A stretch of DNA of 64,000 nt, taken from Chiloscyllium plagiosum. Taxonomy: Eukaryota. Of the stretch, positions 24,198 through 37,765 are shown piece by piece; position 1 is the first letter of the stretch, and each line of letters opens with the position of its first letter. The notes below the pieces were generated by a model. It searched no databases. It was not told the DNA's origin and saw nothing but the letters and a program-made list of their open reading frames with translations. The DNA is taken from NCBI RefSeq assembly GCF_004010195.1, contig NC_057720.1:8052012-8116011 (forward strand), read 5' to 3'. A program made the translations under genes and the position numbers.

Positions 24198-24582
24198 TCC
24201 TCACAGAGGAACACCATTCACAACTCCTCAGATACTGAAGCAGTCTATGTTCGAATGCAATAAGATCTGGGAATCAGGAGAAAGTGAGGACTGCAGATTC
24301 TGGACATCAGAGTCAAGAGTGTGGTGCTGGACAAGCACAGATGGTCACGCAACATCCGAGGAGCAGGAGAGTCATCATTTTGAGCTTTGGCTCTTCATCA
24401 GGAATCTGGGAACCAGTTAAGCAGCAGAATTTTGTTTATTCACTCATGGGACGTGGGCACTGCTGGATGGACCAGCATTTATTGCCCATCTCCAGTTGCC
24501 CTTGAGAGGTGGTGGTGAGCTGCCCTCCTGAATTGCTGCAGTACATGTGCTGTTAATGGGCTAAGTAAAGACACAATGGAAC

Positions 24583-24798
24583 TGTAGCGATTGTAACTGG
24601 ACCTCACAGAATATGAGTTCCCTGATTGGGGCTATTGATCTGATCCAATCAGGGAGACTTGGCTGACAGATTAAAAAGTGGAGAGCCAGAGATCCTGGGT
24701 GCAGAATGTGAAGAGGCAGTTCTAGAGTCAAGGACTCTTCCACGTGTAAATAAAGAGTGACTGGGTGATGGGATACCAGCCACTGTTGAGTCATTTCA
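24583..24798 (+). mobile_element. Solo LTR (probably Gypsy-type)
   Basis: TG...CA termini, CCAAT box, AATAAA, flanked by GGAAC (24578-24582) and GGCAC (24799-24803). Confidence 0.6.
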
Positions 24799-25959
24799 GG
24801 CACAGAGAGAATGCAGGAGAAACTCAGCAGGTCTGGCAGAATCTGTGGAGAGAAAAACAGAGCTAACCTTTTGGCTCAAAGTTATGACTCTTCCTCAAGG
24901 CTTGGAAAAAAGCTGAAGGTGAGAAGCCATACCAGATTTACGTTACCTCTGATAGGTGGACCAAACATTGAAGGCTATTTGCTCATTTTCAAGTTAGAAT
25001 AACTAAGGATTTGGAAAAAAACAGAGATTGGAAGCCTTTATGGCAGCTTATGGGAGGCCTGACAGGGGTCAGAAATAAATATAGTCCCTGTCCTAAAAAG
25101 AGGATGTTTCAAACCAGTTAATGGAATAAAATTCCTCAGTAGAAAATATATTGTTTGTGTGACTTTCAGACCAGTAGTGTTTGCTTAGAAATCTGCAAGC
25201 CATTCATGGCTGAGAAAATATAAGCTCTTAGGTCTGTGAATAAACTTGTATGAAGACTCTCCAGTTCACAAGACAGAAATTGGGGTGAATTAGTTAACTT
25301 GAACGTAAAGATTTAATATGAAGGTGTAATTTCTCAGGATTTGAATTGTTGTAAAATGCCGGTGCAGGGGAATAAATTGAAATTTTATTTTGCCAGGGCT
25401 TTTAGAACTTTTCTAACTGTATTCACGATCCAGATAATTTTCTTCAGTTATCATCTGTGCCATAAGCTCTTTATTTTTTGTTGAAGCAACTCTGCAGCCT
25501 TGTGTGACTATGTTTCAGTGAATGACATCCAAATTTTAAAAAATCTATAAAGCCAGATTTCGTTCTGACTGGTCCAATGGAGCATCAACTGCAATCATAG
25601 CAGCAGGAGCTGAGGACCATAATGGCAATGAGGTAAGTGTCCCATTAGGACTTACATTTATTTGACTCCTGAAAATGGACAGATGGGGTTGTTACTGGCC
25701 AATGACAGTGCGCATACTGTGAACAGTAGCACCTAAGGAAAGAGAACCGATGATGCAATTAAATTTCTGGGTTTGACCTCTGAACTTTGCAAAGTTAGCT
25801 GATCCCATACAGCACAAGTGCAAGACACTGGAATTAACCTAAAGCTTACCAAGTGCAGTGTGCAGCAGTGGCTAAGTACAGAAGGAAAGATTGCCAAAGT
25901 TGACTGTTGTGAAGAACTGCTCCCTATATCCTGCTGGACCATACACACAACACCATACA

Positions 25960-26630
25960 GTCATGGAGTCATACAGCATGAAAACAGAACTCGTCCATGC
26001 TGATCAGACATCCCTATCTGTTCTATCCTATTTGCCAGCATTTTACCCATATCCCTGTAAACCCTTCCTATTCATTTATCCATCCAGATGCCTTTTAAAT
26101 GCTGAATTATACCAGCCTCCACCACTTCCTCTGGTAGCTTATTCCATACATGCATCACCCTCTGTGTGAAAAAGCCACCTTCAAGTCCTTTCAAAATCTT
26201 TCCCCTCTCACCTTAAACCTATGCCCTTTAGTTTTGGTCTCTCCTACCCTGGGAAAAAAGACCTTGCTGATTCACCCTATCCATGCCCCTCATGGTTTTA
26301 TAAACCTCTATAAGGTCACCCCTCAGCCTCTGATGCTCCAGGGAAAACAGCCCCAGCCTATTTAGCCTCTCCCTATTGCTCAAACCATTCCATCCCGGTA
26401 ATATCCTTGTAAATCTTTTGCGTGGCTTCTCCAGTTTGACAAATCCTTTGTATAGCAGAGCAACCAGAATTATTCGAAAAGAGACCTCACTAATGTCCTG
26501 TACGGCTGCAATATACTCATCATAATAACCAATGAAGGCAAATGTGTCAGACACCTTCTTTACAACCCTGTCTATCCGTTACTCTGCTTCCAAGGAACTA
26601 TGCATCTGCACCCCTGGATCTCTTTGCTCA
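25960..26630 (-). mobile_element. CR1 LINE 3' fragment
   Basis: KRFTRILPG...RERLNRLGLFSLEHQRLRGDLIEVYK. Confidence 0.9.
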
Positions 26631-27880
26631 CAAAGTGACTATTTTGTCATCTCCTCAGTAATTCATTAACCTGATAGCGATATGTGCAAGCTTCCTCCTG
26701 TTCCAAATGAATGTAGACAGAGAGGATGCTGGAAGAACACAGTAGGCCAGGCAGCATCGGGAGGTAGAGAAGTCAAAGTTTCGGGTGTAACCCTGTTGTC
26801 TGTCGGCAAATGAATGACAAGACTTGGGATTTGCACAATCTGCACTTTGGAGGGTCCAGCAAAAGGGTGACCTGCTAATCAGGCAGAATAGAAGAAATCC
26901 AAGACATTGAGTATCCTCTCATTGGATTTGCAAACAGGAATTTGGCAGTTGTGATGTTCTGCCAAGAAATCTCATTAACAAACTAAGTAGAACACAATGT
27001 GGTCAGCATTCTGACTGATTGTCCAGTGTACCTTTGAAGGGAGATTCATGGAAAATCTGGAAAACCCAGTGGAACTCATCCATTACTATGGTGGTTTTGT
27101 GGAGTTTCTGCCATCCTAATGGCAGCTATTTGCAAGAATATCACCTTCTCATTGCTCAGACCAATTTTCTCCCAAGGTACCCAAAGCAAAAAGATGTCGC
27201 TTCCCAGCTGATATCAGCCCTTAGAGCAGAATAGAGTCCTGTTTAGTTTCAGAGTGACTACTGCTGGACTTAGAATGGAGATCAAAAACAGAAAGTGCTG
27301 GAGAAACTCCCCAGGACTGGCAGTATCTGTGGACTAGAAACGTTAGCTTTGCTTTCTCTCTACAGATGCTGCCAGACCTGCTGAGTTCCTCAGTAAATTC
27401 TGTTTTTGTTACAGATCTCCATCATTTGCAGTTCTTTGTTTTATTATAGAATGTCAATACTGGACTCGGTAGCTAACAGAAGAGATTCTTAAAGTTGGCT
27501 GCTACAAAGGGATTTTTAAAACTTCATTCATTGGATGATGGCTTTGCTGGCTAGCTTAGCAGTTATTGCACAGCCACTTAATTCCCATTTACTAAACAGA
27601 AAGCAGTGAAGTGGGAGTTGCCTGAAACGTCAACTCTCCTGCTCCTCAGATGCTGCCTGACCTGCTGTGCTTTTCCAGCGCCAAATTCTTAGTTAACATT
27701 TATCCCCATGATTTAAAAATACGTAAGAGGGAGACAAGTCAAGTTATTAGAATGTGGGATTCTCTCTCTCGCACACACACCAAATCAAATTCACAAATCT
27801 TTGGGAAGTGAATTGCATGAAAAACTGGACAAGACTGAGCTGCTCAGAGAGTAGTAGGATAGACTTGATGGACTAAATAG

Positions 27881-28081
27881 TCAAGATTAGAGTGGCGCTG
27901 GAAAAGCACAACAGGTCAGGTAGCATCCAAGGAGCAGGAAAATCAATGCTTTGGGCAGGAGCCCTTCCTGCCCGAAACGTCAATTCTTCTGCTCCTCGGA
28001 TGCTGCTTGACCTGCTGTGCTTTTCCAGCATCACTCTAATCTTGACTCTGATCTCCAGCATCTGCAGTTCCCACTTTTAGC
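27881..28081. mobile_element. Small PLE-derived foldback element
   Basis: Inverted arms centred near 27965; 17-bp TSD CTTGATGGACTAAATAG at 27864-27880 and 28082-28098. Confidence 0.9.
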
Positions 28082-28554
28082 CTTGATGGACTAAATAGCC
28101 TGTTTTGATATTATGATATTCTATTAAGGTGAGAGAGTGACACTAGGTGAGTTGCACTTGCGGAAAGACTGCACGGAGATGGGTTTAATGACCTTCCTCT
28201 GTGTTTCAAAGGAGAAGCATTCAAGGCACTGCACTGGATAAACAAAAGGTAATATGAAAGGCAAGAAAAGCTAAAAGGAGCACTCATAGTTTCTCTTAAG
28301 GTTCCTGCATAAATACAAGTCCCAATTCTCAGTGCCACAACCTGCACCATGTTCATTCCATCCTGGGCAGAAGAGGAAATGATTCCTTAATATTAGCACC
28401 AAATGGATCAAAAACAGCCATCCAGTCAATTAACCCTTCAACACATCCGAGTTAATGTGGCAACATGCAATTTTACACGTGTGCTACAGTCTGGTGATAC
28501 GGACAGTGACAGTAGAGATTTCAATTTTCTTTCTCACACAGCCAACCAGGAATC

Positions 28555-28740
28555 TTACTAATGTTGATTTTGCTTTTGTGCACCTCTTATGCAGTCATAC
28601 CCTTGTATGCCTCACTCTGTCTAATCACCCTATGATCTGTATGCCCTTGTTTGCTATGATCTGCCTGTACTGCTCACAAAACAAAACTTTTCACTGTACT
28701 TAGGTACATGTGACTAATAAATCAAACGAAATCAAATCGC
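28555..28740 (+). mobile_element. LINE-type 3' tail (L2/Rex-like)
   Basis: aaaacttttcactgtacttaggtacatgtgactaataaatcaaa...(AAATC)n; related tails at ~44050-44110 (+) and ~59720-59790 (-). Confidence 0.45.
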
Positions 28741-30569
28741 TCCTGACCTTAACACCTGTTATTGACATTCGATGGAAGAATTTATAAGTCAAAATCAGTC
28801 ATTTTATCAACACGCCTTCCTGACTATCAAGACACAGTTGCAGGCTTCGTGGCTGGGTTGCTACCCACTATGTCCCACCCCTGGTAATAGCATTGCAATG
28901 TTGATCTTGAGTTGTAGCGAATGAACCGCTAGATCTCAGCTTTGATGTAAATATGGAGAAGTGCAGGAAAGCCAGGACAAGTGACAGGTGCAGTGTGGAT
29001 ACCACAGGGCATGCCTGCATGTGTGCACTGATAACTAATTGCAAATGATATGCTTCCAGACAATGAGAGGAGTGGAGAGACCATACGATGATATTCAGAG
29101 ATTTAAACAAGGTTGCAATACACAATGGCCATTGGCAATAATCAGGGGATTAAAAACACTCTCATCTCATTCCAACAGATAAGACAGGAAAATAATTTGG
29201 GTCATCTCACTCACTTGAGTGAAATAATTTGTAGTAATAGTTGACAAATTCTTGATTAATTAATCTGTTCATTTAATCATGTCGAACAGTCTTGTAAAAT
29301 AATTGCAAACACAGTTTAGCACTGCAGGGTGCACTTCAGTCATTTATTGAGTTCAGCTCCATGATCAGAATACTTAGCTCTGAACACAAGATAAGATCCC
29401 ACATCAGAGGACAGGGGTGGATTAAGGCCAGCCTTTCTTGATGTGTCGAGCTAATTTGGCATTTGGATTCAGCTATTTGTTCTCGGCCTCTTAGTCTTGG
29501 AATTCATTCACTATTTTCTTTTTTTATGAACAAGTAAGTAATGAGTGTGAGAGAGTGCAGCAGCTTGGCACATTTCAGAACAGAACCAGACGTGTTTGAG
29601 TGTCTGCATTCTGTCCAAAATAATCAGCAGGCACTTGAAAGGTAAACATAGCCTATCCCCTCTGATGGTGATGTATGAGGCATTAGGTCAAGGTCAGGGG
29701 CTAGGCTAGCCCAGGGTTGAACAAGAGAATGCCAGACTCAGGGTCATATAGGGATCAGGAGATGTACATTGTACAAAGAAGCAACAACGCAAGACATGAT
29801 ATGAAACTGAACAGGCGAAGTTCAATTTGTAATGGAATCATCAAATAAAAAATGCACTTGGACCCTCTTGAAATGAAACAGTTATCACTGAATTTTTACA
29901 CCAATTCCAAAAATTTTCTTTGTTTACAAATTCATGGGATGTCTGTGTCTTTGGTAAGACCAGCATTGATTACCCAATTCTAATTGTCCCTTCAACTGAA
30001 TGGCTTTCTCAGGCCATTTCAGAGGGCAGTTAAGAGTCAACCACATTGCTATAGGTCTGGAGTCGCATGTAGGCCAGACCAGAGAAGGTTGGTAGCTTCC
30101 TTCCCTAAAGGACAGTTTTAGATTTTTGGAAAGAAGAGGGAGAGGGGGAAATGGGTCAGAGTAGATAGAGGAGATGGGGGTCAGAGCGAGAGGGGGAGAT
30201 GGGCCAGATGGAGGGCGGTTAGAGATTTGCAGTTCAGCCAGGTAGGAGATCAAGTTTTAGGTGGGACTCTGAAGTCAGAGCTTGAGATGTGCATTTGGGG
30301 TCCATTGCCTGGAGTCTAGTTACCCATTTCTCCCCATCTCACCAAATCCCTTTCCCCATTTTCCTTGTCCAGTTTTTCAGTGATGTCACCAGCTAAGTGG
30401 CTGGCACCCTTGTGCAGCAAAAGGTGACGAAAAAGAAAGGAATTGGAGTAGGAGAGAAAACTAGTAAAAAAGTTTTTTTAAAACGTAAACAGGATTATAT
30501 CTGCAATAAGTGCCATTGTGAATCCTATCAGATGGAATGGATCGGTTGGATAGACAGTTAGAGGCAATG

Positions 30570-30835
30570 AGGAATTTATAAAAGAGACCTAAGGGGCAAT
30601 TTGTTCACACAGAGTGTGGTACGTGTATGGAATGAACTGTCAAAGGAAGTAGTGGAGGCTGGTACGATCGCAACATTTAAAAGGCATCTGGATGAGTATA
30701 TGAATAGGAAGGGTTTGGAGGGATATGGGCCAGGTGCTGGCAGGTGGGACTAGATTGGGTTGGGTAATCTGGTCGGCATGGGCGAATTGGACCGAAGGGT
30801 TTGTTTCCATGCTGTACATCTCTATGACTCTATGA
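30570..30835 (+). mobile_element. CR1 3' end
   Basis: gtatggaatgaactgtcaaaggaagtagtggaggctgg...tctatgactctatg. Confidence 0.88.
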
Positions 30836-31669
30836 ACAATGCCAGTTTCAAGGTCACAATTATTGAAACTGGCATTTAATTTTAGATTTATAAAGTATAG
30901 AGGCAGGATTTGAACACATGAATGCTGATCCAGTGATATTACTGCAACACCACTACCTTCCTCAAGTACGACTTGTGTCCCAGAATCGTTCTGCGTGAGG
31001 CAACTTGATGCACAAAAGAAAATGGTTCCTGGGACCAAAGGCTGGTACGTTTTGCCCATTTCTAATTATCCTTGAGAAAGTTCAGATTGGATGTATCTCC
31101 CAATCTATCTCTTTTCCCTATGATGGACTTTATTTCCTTTGAGATGTCAGACCTGGCTGTTCATCATTTGATGAGATCTTCAGAAATGTCTCCAGGGACA
31201 GATTCTCCTAGCAAGCTATTTAAAGATAATCACCTCCTGCACTCTTCAAATATTTTCTGATTGGAAGCAAAGGTCAGGACACCAGGTTGCTTGGCAAAAC
31301 TTTGACCTATGCGTGCTGATTTCCAGACTTTTGTTAATAAAGATGTAATACATAAAGTAAAAAAAAAGAGAAAGGTTTGCAGTTTATCGCTCTGAAGTAA
31401 ATCTTACATATTCAAATACAAGAAACAATTTCCAAATGCAGTGAAAGAAAGGGAAGACTTTAATAGCCTCAAGACCTTCTGAAGTGCTTTATAGTTTCGA
31501 AACTGCAACTATTTGTGATGCAGGGGAGCCACTTTGCATACAATGTGATCTTGTGGACTAAAACCATGATGCTGTCATAATAATGCTTTATTTAAGTCAT
31601 ACTGATTGAGGAACTCATATTAACTGGGACACTGGAGGGTTGCTTATTGCAAGAGGAGCAGGATTTCTT

Positions 31670-31990
31670 AAAATTCATTCATGGGATGAGGGTGTCGCTG
31701 GATAGACCATCATTCATTGCCCTCCCTAATTGCCCAGAGGGCAGTTAAGAGTCAACCCCATTGCTGGGGGTCTGGAGTCACATGTTGACCAGACCAGATA
31801 AGGATGGCATATTTCCTTCCTGAAAGGGCATTAGTGAATCTGGTGGGATTTTCTTGACAATCAACTCATGGTCATCATTAGGTTCTTAATTCTGGATTTG
31901 TTTTTAATTGAATTTAAGTTGTATCATCTGCCATGGCAGGATTCAAACCCAGGTCCCCAGATCATCATCTGGGTCTCTGGATTAATGGTC
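31670..31990 (-). mobile_element. tRNA-derived SINE family B
   Basis: Reverse complement of the 20110-20445 type. Confidence 0.8.
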
Positions 31991-32004
31991 CTTGATTCCC
32001 ACTA

Positions 32005-32640
32005 CAAAAGTAAGCAAGCTTTTTTGAAGTTATACAGAGCATTAGTGAGACCGCATCTCAAAGACTGTGCACAGTTTCAGTATCCTTATTTAAGAAAGTA
32101 CATAATTGCATTGGAAGCAGTTCAGAGAAGCTTCATTCACCTGATTCCTCAGATGGGGTGGTTGCCTTTTGTTGAAATGATGGAAAGATTGGGCATTAGT
32201 GAATCTGATGGGATTTTCTTGACAATCAACTTATGGTCATCATTAGGTTCTTAATTCTGGATTTGTTTTTAATTCAAGTTTAGAAGAATGAGAGGTGATC
32301 TTATAGAAACGGATGAAATCCCAAAGACACCTGACAGGATTCAAGCTGAGAAGATATTTCTCGTGTCAGAGCAAGTAGATCTGAACCTAGCTTAAAAATA
32401 AGGGGTCTTCTATTGAAGGTGGAGATGAGCTGGATACGTTCTTTTCTCTCAGAAGGTTAAGTACCTTTAGAGTTATCGTCCCCAGAGATGGTAGACGCTG
32501 GGTTCTTGAACATTTTTAAAGCGGAATAACAAGGGAGGCGGAGGGTAATGGGGGAATGTGGATTTGAGGCCACAAACAGATCAGCCATAATCTTTCCAAA
32601 TGGCAGTCTAGGCTCAAAGGGCTGAGTGGCCTACATATCC
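32005..32640 (+). mobile_element. Decayed CR1 3' fragment
   Basis: LKLYRALVRPHLKDCAQFQYPYLRKYIIALEAVQRSF. Confidence 0.8.
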
Positions 32641-32650
32641 TCGTAAGGTC

Positions 32651-33320
32651 CAAAGTTTGTGAGAAGATTTGTAGCTCGGGTGCTCGTTGCTGTGGTTCTG
32701 TTCGCCGAGCTGGGAATTTGTGTTGCAGACGTTTCGTCCCCTGTCTAGGTGACATCCTCAGTGCTTGGGAGCCTCCTCATCCACAGATTCAATCAATAAG
32801 CACATTGATCTGGACCCAATTAGATTAGATTATTTACAGTGTGGAAACAGGCCCTTCGGCCCAACAAGTCCACACCGCCCCGCCGAAGCGCAACCCACCC
32901 ATACCCCTACATCTACCCCTTACCTATCACTACTGGCAATTTAGCATGGCCAATTCACCTGACCTGCACATCTTTGGACTGTGGGAGGAAACCGGAGCAC
33001 CCGGAGGAAACCCACGCAGACACGGGGAGAATGTGCAATCTCCACACAGTCAGTCGCCTGAGGCGGGAATTGAACCCAGGTCTCTGGCGCTGTGAGGCAG
33101 CAGTGCTAACCACTGTGCCACTGTGCCGCCCACTATACCGGCCACTGCAACGGACAGCTGGAACTGACAACCGGAAGCGGCAGATTTAAACCACTACAAA
33201 TGCCGGAGGAAAGATCACAGAAGCGCTTCACAGGAGGCTCCCAACTACTGAGGATGTCACCTAGACAGGGGACGAAACATCTGCAACACAAATTCCCAGC
33301 TCGGCGAACAGAACCACAAC
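32651..33320. mobile_element. Poseidon-type PLE foldback (second family) with a nested HE1 SINE
   Basis: ~32686-32777 is the inverse of ~33232-33320. TSD CTCGTAAGGTC at 32640-32650 and 33321-33331. Hammerheads at 32725-32764 (-) and 33245-33284 (+). Confidence 0.9.
32821..33132 (-). mobile_element. Young full-length HE1-type V-SINE
   Basis: Nearly identical to 21708-22017; interrupts the PLE sequence ggacccaat/ataccggcc. Confidence 0.93.
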
Positions 33321-34289
33321 CTCGTAAGGTCATAAGTCTTCATGCATTTAAAGAATAACACGATCACAATCATTTTTAACAAACTTCGTTTTGAACAACT
33401 GGATGGAATACAGTGAATGAAAGCACATGACAGGATCAGACTCTTTGGCCTAACGGCAGGAATGGAAGAAAGGTGATCTCAATTTATCAAGTTAAGTCCT
33501 TCAATAATTAGCTTAGCGATGGAGATTGTTCCATCAGATTTAATTCATTGTTCTTGAGTTGTCCGAAAGGAGTCATATTGTCAAACAGGAGTGTTCCACA
33601 AGACAAACAGTTCAATATTGGATTTCTCCATCTCCTGCCTATTCTCTGTGGAAATCTACAGCCCATCTGTGACAATATCATTAGCAACACTTGAATTGGC
33701 ACAGCATTTGTTAACAGTATGCATATAGCAGAGGGATAAGGGACAAATACCCCCTCAGTGTATTTCATAAAATGAACTTGTAAGAACACTTTGGCACGTA
33801 AAACCAAATCCAATCATCTGACAGTAGACAAACATTATTAGGGTGATATAATGAAACAGAAAACTGTGGACACTGGAAATCTGAAACAAAAACAGAAAGT
33901 GCTGCAGAAACTCAGCAGGTCTGGAAACATTTGTAGAGAGAGAGAAACGCAGTTAATATTTCAAATCCAGTGACCCTTTGTCAGAACTAAAAGCAGCTGG
34001 TAAAGAGTGGTATTCATGCTGAGGACAGGATGTGGGGTTTTGAAAAGACTGAATACAATACACCGAGACAGTGCAGAGTGACAAAAACAAACAGAGAGGC
34101 AAACAAAGGGATTAGAGAGATCATTGAAAAGGATGTCATAATAAAGTCAAAATAAACCCTCACCATTCTGATGAATGATTTGAAATGTTAAATCTACTTT
34201 CTTCTGATATTGAATTTCTTCAGCAATTTCTGTTTTTGTTTCAAATCTCCAGCTTCCCACTTCCTTGTTTTATTTTGCCTCACTGATCT

Positions 34290-34770
34290 CTCATCTTTTT
34301 TGAATTCCTTCATTTATTGCCTGTCCTGAAATGCACTGGAGAAGGTGGTGGTGAGCTGTCTTCTTGAACCGCTGCAGTGGCATTGGATGGAAACCCACCC
34401 AAGGAGGGAGTTTCAGGATTGTGACCTTGCAATACAAAAGGAATGGTGATATAGTCCCACCTTCGGATGGCTTGTGGATCAGTGGGCAATCTGCAGATAG
34501 CAGTGTCCCCATGCATCTGTTGCCTTTTCCTTCTGGGTGGTGTAAAGAAGGTGCTTTCAGCCTTTGGGAGTTACAGTGTGTCTTATTGGTGATGAACACT
34601 GAGCCCTGGTACTGGAGCACAGTGAATGATTCAGCTAATGGATGGGATGTTGTTAAAATAGGATGTTTTCTCATGGTAGTGTTGAGTTTCTTGAATCCTT
34701 GTGCAGCTGTACCTGGTACCTGCTCCAATACCAAACATGTGGGGAATATTTCATCACACTCCTAACTTGT
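34290..34770 (-). mobile_element. LINE family B 3' fragment (CR1/L2-group)
   Basis: Homologous to 45500-45935; tail shared with SINE family B. Confidence 0.7.
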
Positions 34771-35321
34771 CATAGAGCCATAGAGCTCTACAGCATAGAC
34801 AAAGGTCTTTTGGCCCATCATGTCTAGGCCGGTCACAAACAGCCACCTAATTATTTATCTCATTTTCCAGCACTCAGCTCATAGCCTTGTTAGCATTGGT
34901 ATTGCAAGTTGCACAGCTACGCATTTCTTAAGTATTATGAAGGTTTCCACCTCTACCACCCTCACAGGCAGTGAGTTCCAAATTCCCACTACCCCCTGAG
35001 TGAAAATGCTTTTCCTCACATCTCCTGAAAAGTTTCTGACCTGTACCTTAAATCAGTGCCACATCGATGTTCGGGGGCGGATTAGCTCATTTGGGATGGT
35101 TTGTGACACCAACGGCATACACTCAGTTCCCATGTTGGCTGAGGTCACCATGAAGGTCCCACCTTCTCAACCTTGTCCCTCCCCTCAAGTGTAGTTCACT
35201 CTCAGGGTAACCTCATCAACAGTCATCTCTGAAGATAGAGTTCCACTGCGTCTTCCAAGCAAGTCACACATTCAGCCTACAGCCAATGTTGCTCAAACAA
35301 ATGTAGTGTAACCGAAGAACA

Positions 35322-35850
35322 GGTGGCATAATAGTTAGCACTGCTGCCTCACAGCACCAGGGGCTGAGGTTCTATTCCAGTTTTGAGTGACTGCCTGTGT
35401 GGAGTTTGCACATTCTTCCCATGACTGCGTGGATTTCCTCTTGGTGCTCTGGTTTCATCCCACAATCCCAAGGATGTATGGGTCAGGTGGATTGGCTATG
35501 CTAAACCACCCAGGGATGTTCATGATGTGGACTGGGGTGGACAAAGTCAGAAGTCACAAGACACCAGGTTATAGTCCAACAGGTTTATTTGAAATAACAA
35601 GCTTTTGGAGCACTGTTCCTCCATCAGACTACACCTGACGAAGGGGCAGCACTCCGAAAGTTTGTGATTTCAAATAAACCTGTTGGACTATAACCTGGTT
35701 GTCATGTGATTTCTGATAGGGATGCCCAGGCTAGGTGGTCTAGCCATGGTAAATGCAGGGTTATGGAGATAGGGTAGGATGCTTTTCAGAGGATCAGTGC
35801 AGACTCAATGGGCCAAATGACCTCTATCTGGACTGTCGGGATTCCACAAT
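35322..35850 (+). mobile_element. HE1-type SINE interrupted by a PLE foldback element (35522-35717)
   Basis: Insert flanked by AGGGATG on both sides; hammerhead cacCTGACGA...GAAAGTTTgtg at 35632-35666. Confidence 0.8.
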
Positions 35851-37021
35851 AACAACTATCTGATGTCCCCTCATGGTTAGCTTGGGTAATATGACTAATG
35901 TTGTCCTCTTTAAAAAACAGACTTGGTATCTCTGAACACATTCTGAAGAATTAATAAGTGCCAAGCTGTGTTTAAGGTCCTCTGGGATCTGCTGAACCAA
36001 AAGCAAGAGCAAGAGCAAAAGAGACGAGCTCCACCATCATAAATTCTCAAATGGATTCCTCAGTCCTTTACTGTGAAAATGTTTGAAGGGACCCTATGAA
36101 CCATATTAACCTCAACAGGAGGTAGTCTGCATTGGCTTATAATGATGACTTGCAGATGATACAGTCCTGTCCTGACTTGACATAGGTCAAGATCATTACG
36201 ACTTATTTTTGGTAAATCATTGCTACTCATTTTCCTTGTGATCTTTATTCAAAGAGGATTGAATGACTTTCATTACATTACTTCTATTTCCAGTTAATTA
36301 ATGTATTACTTTCTCCGTGGAACTGGCTGGCTGGACCATTTCACAATTAGTTATTTGGACCTGGTTTGTCAATACTATTTTTTATTCTGAATACTAAGCA
36401 GATTAAGCATCAAATGAATTATGGAAATGTATTTTTCAGAGAGCTCAATTAGTGCCAAACTGAATGCTGAGCCCCTTTATGATAATAGCCAAACATGTTA
36501 ATGGTATATTTTAATATTCTGATGCACACTGAAGCACAAAAGCAGAGTGCCATTTAACAAGAGAAGGCTTACATTGAACAGGTGGATAAAAATGAAGAGA
36601 TGGAGGTGGAAGAATTTTTTAATGCAAAGGGTAATTGGGACATTAAGTGCTTTGAAGTAAGTCATCCGCAAAGATTAAGAGTCATGAAATACACACTTAG
36701 ATAATAATTGCTTGGTATTACAGAACTTAAACATTGCTAAAAAGGGGCACAAGTTGAAGCTTTTCATGTTGTACTTTCCAGGAATAGCACACAGGAACCA
36801 AACCTTCATTGGTTGCACTACAGAGGGCATGGGGATGCAGATTTAAACTTGAGCCAAGTTTGACTGTTAACAGATCCAGCTAGATCTTCATGCCCACTAT
36901 GGTTCAACCAATCAGCATCCTCTTCACATGCTATGTAAATTGGTTGCTGATTTTTTAAGTTTTGATTTCTTGCGTTCCAATCCTGATAAGTCAGGGGAGA
37001 CAATGGCCTCGTGGTATCACT

Positions 37022-37765
37022 TGGAGAATGTGAGGAATGCAGATGTTGGAGATCAGAGTCGAGAGTGAGGTGCTGGAAAATCACAGCAGGTCAGGCAGCA
37101 TCCGGGGAGCAGGACAATCGATGTTTCAGGCATAAGCTCTTCATCAGGAATGAGGCTTGTGGGCCAAGGAGACTGAGAGATAAATGGGAGGGAGGGTAGG
37201 GCTGGGGAAAGGTAGCTGGGAACGCGATAAGTAGATGAGAGCAGGACAATCGATGTTTCAGGCATAAGCTCTTCATCAGGAATGAGGCTTGTGGGCCAAG
37301 GAGACTGAGAGATAAATGGCTGGGGAAAGGTAGCTGGGAACGCGATAAGTAGATGAAGGTAATGATGATAAGTTGGAATGGTGGGTGGAATGGATAGGTG
37401 GGAAGGAAGATGGACAGGTAGGACAGGTCAAGAGGACTTTCTGGGATAAGGCGGAGGGAGGGGAAATGAGGAAACTGGTGAAATCCACATTGATCCCATG
37501 TGGTTGGAGCGTCCCAAGGTGGAAGATGAGGTGTTCTTCCTCCAGGTGGCGGCTGTCTTGACCTGTCCTACCTGTCCATCTTCCTTCCCACCTATCCGCT
37601 CCACCCTCCTCTCTGACCTATCACCCCCACCTTCATCTACATTCCCAGCTACCTTACGGCCCCGGCCTCATTCTTGATGAAGGGCTCATGCCTGAAACAT
37701 CGACTCTCCTGCTCCCTTGGGTGCTACCTGACTAGCTGTGCTTTTCCAGCACCACACTCTCGACT
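37022..37765. mobile_element. Neptune-type PLE foldback with an internal tandem duplication, nested in a family B SINE (~37000-38075)
   Basis: Left arm (-) 37022-~37555 and right arm (+) ~37555-37765; 37107-37238 is duplicated at 37239-37356. Confidence 0.85.

Noticed and set aside
24900..25602. Possible second decayed LTR ending ...atcatagca
   Set aside because: No clear 5' end or TSD, so it cannot be supported by eye
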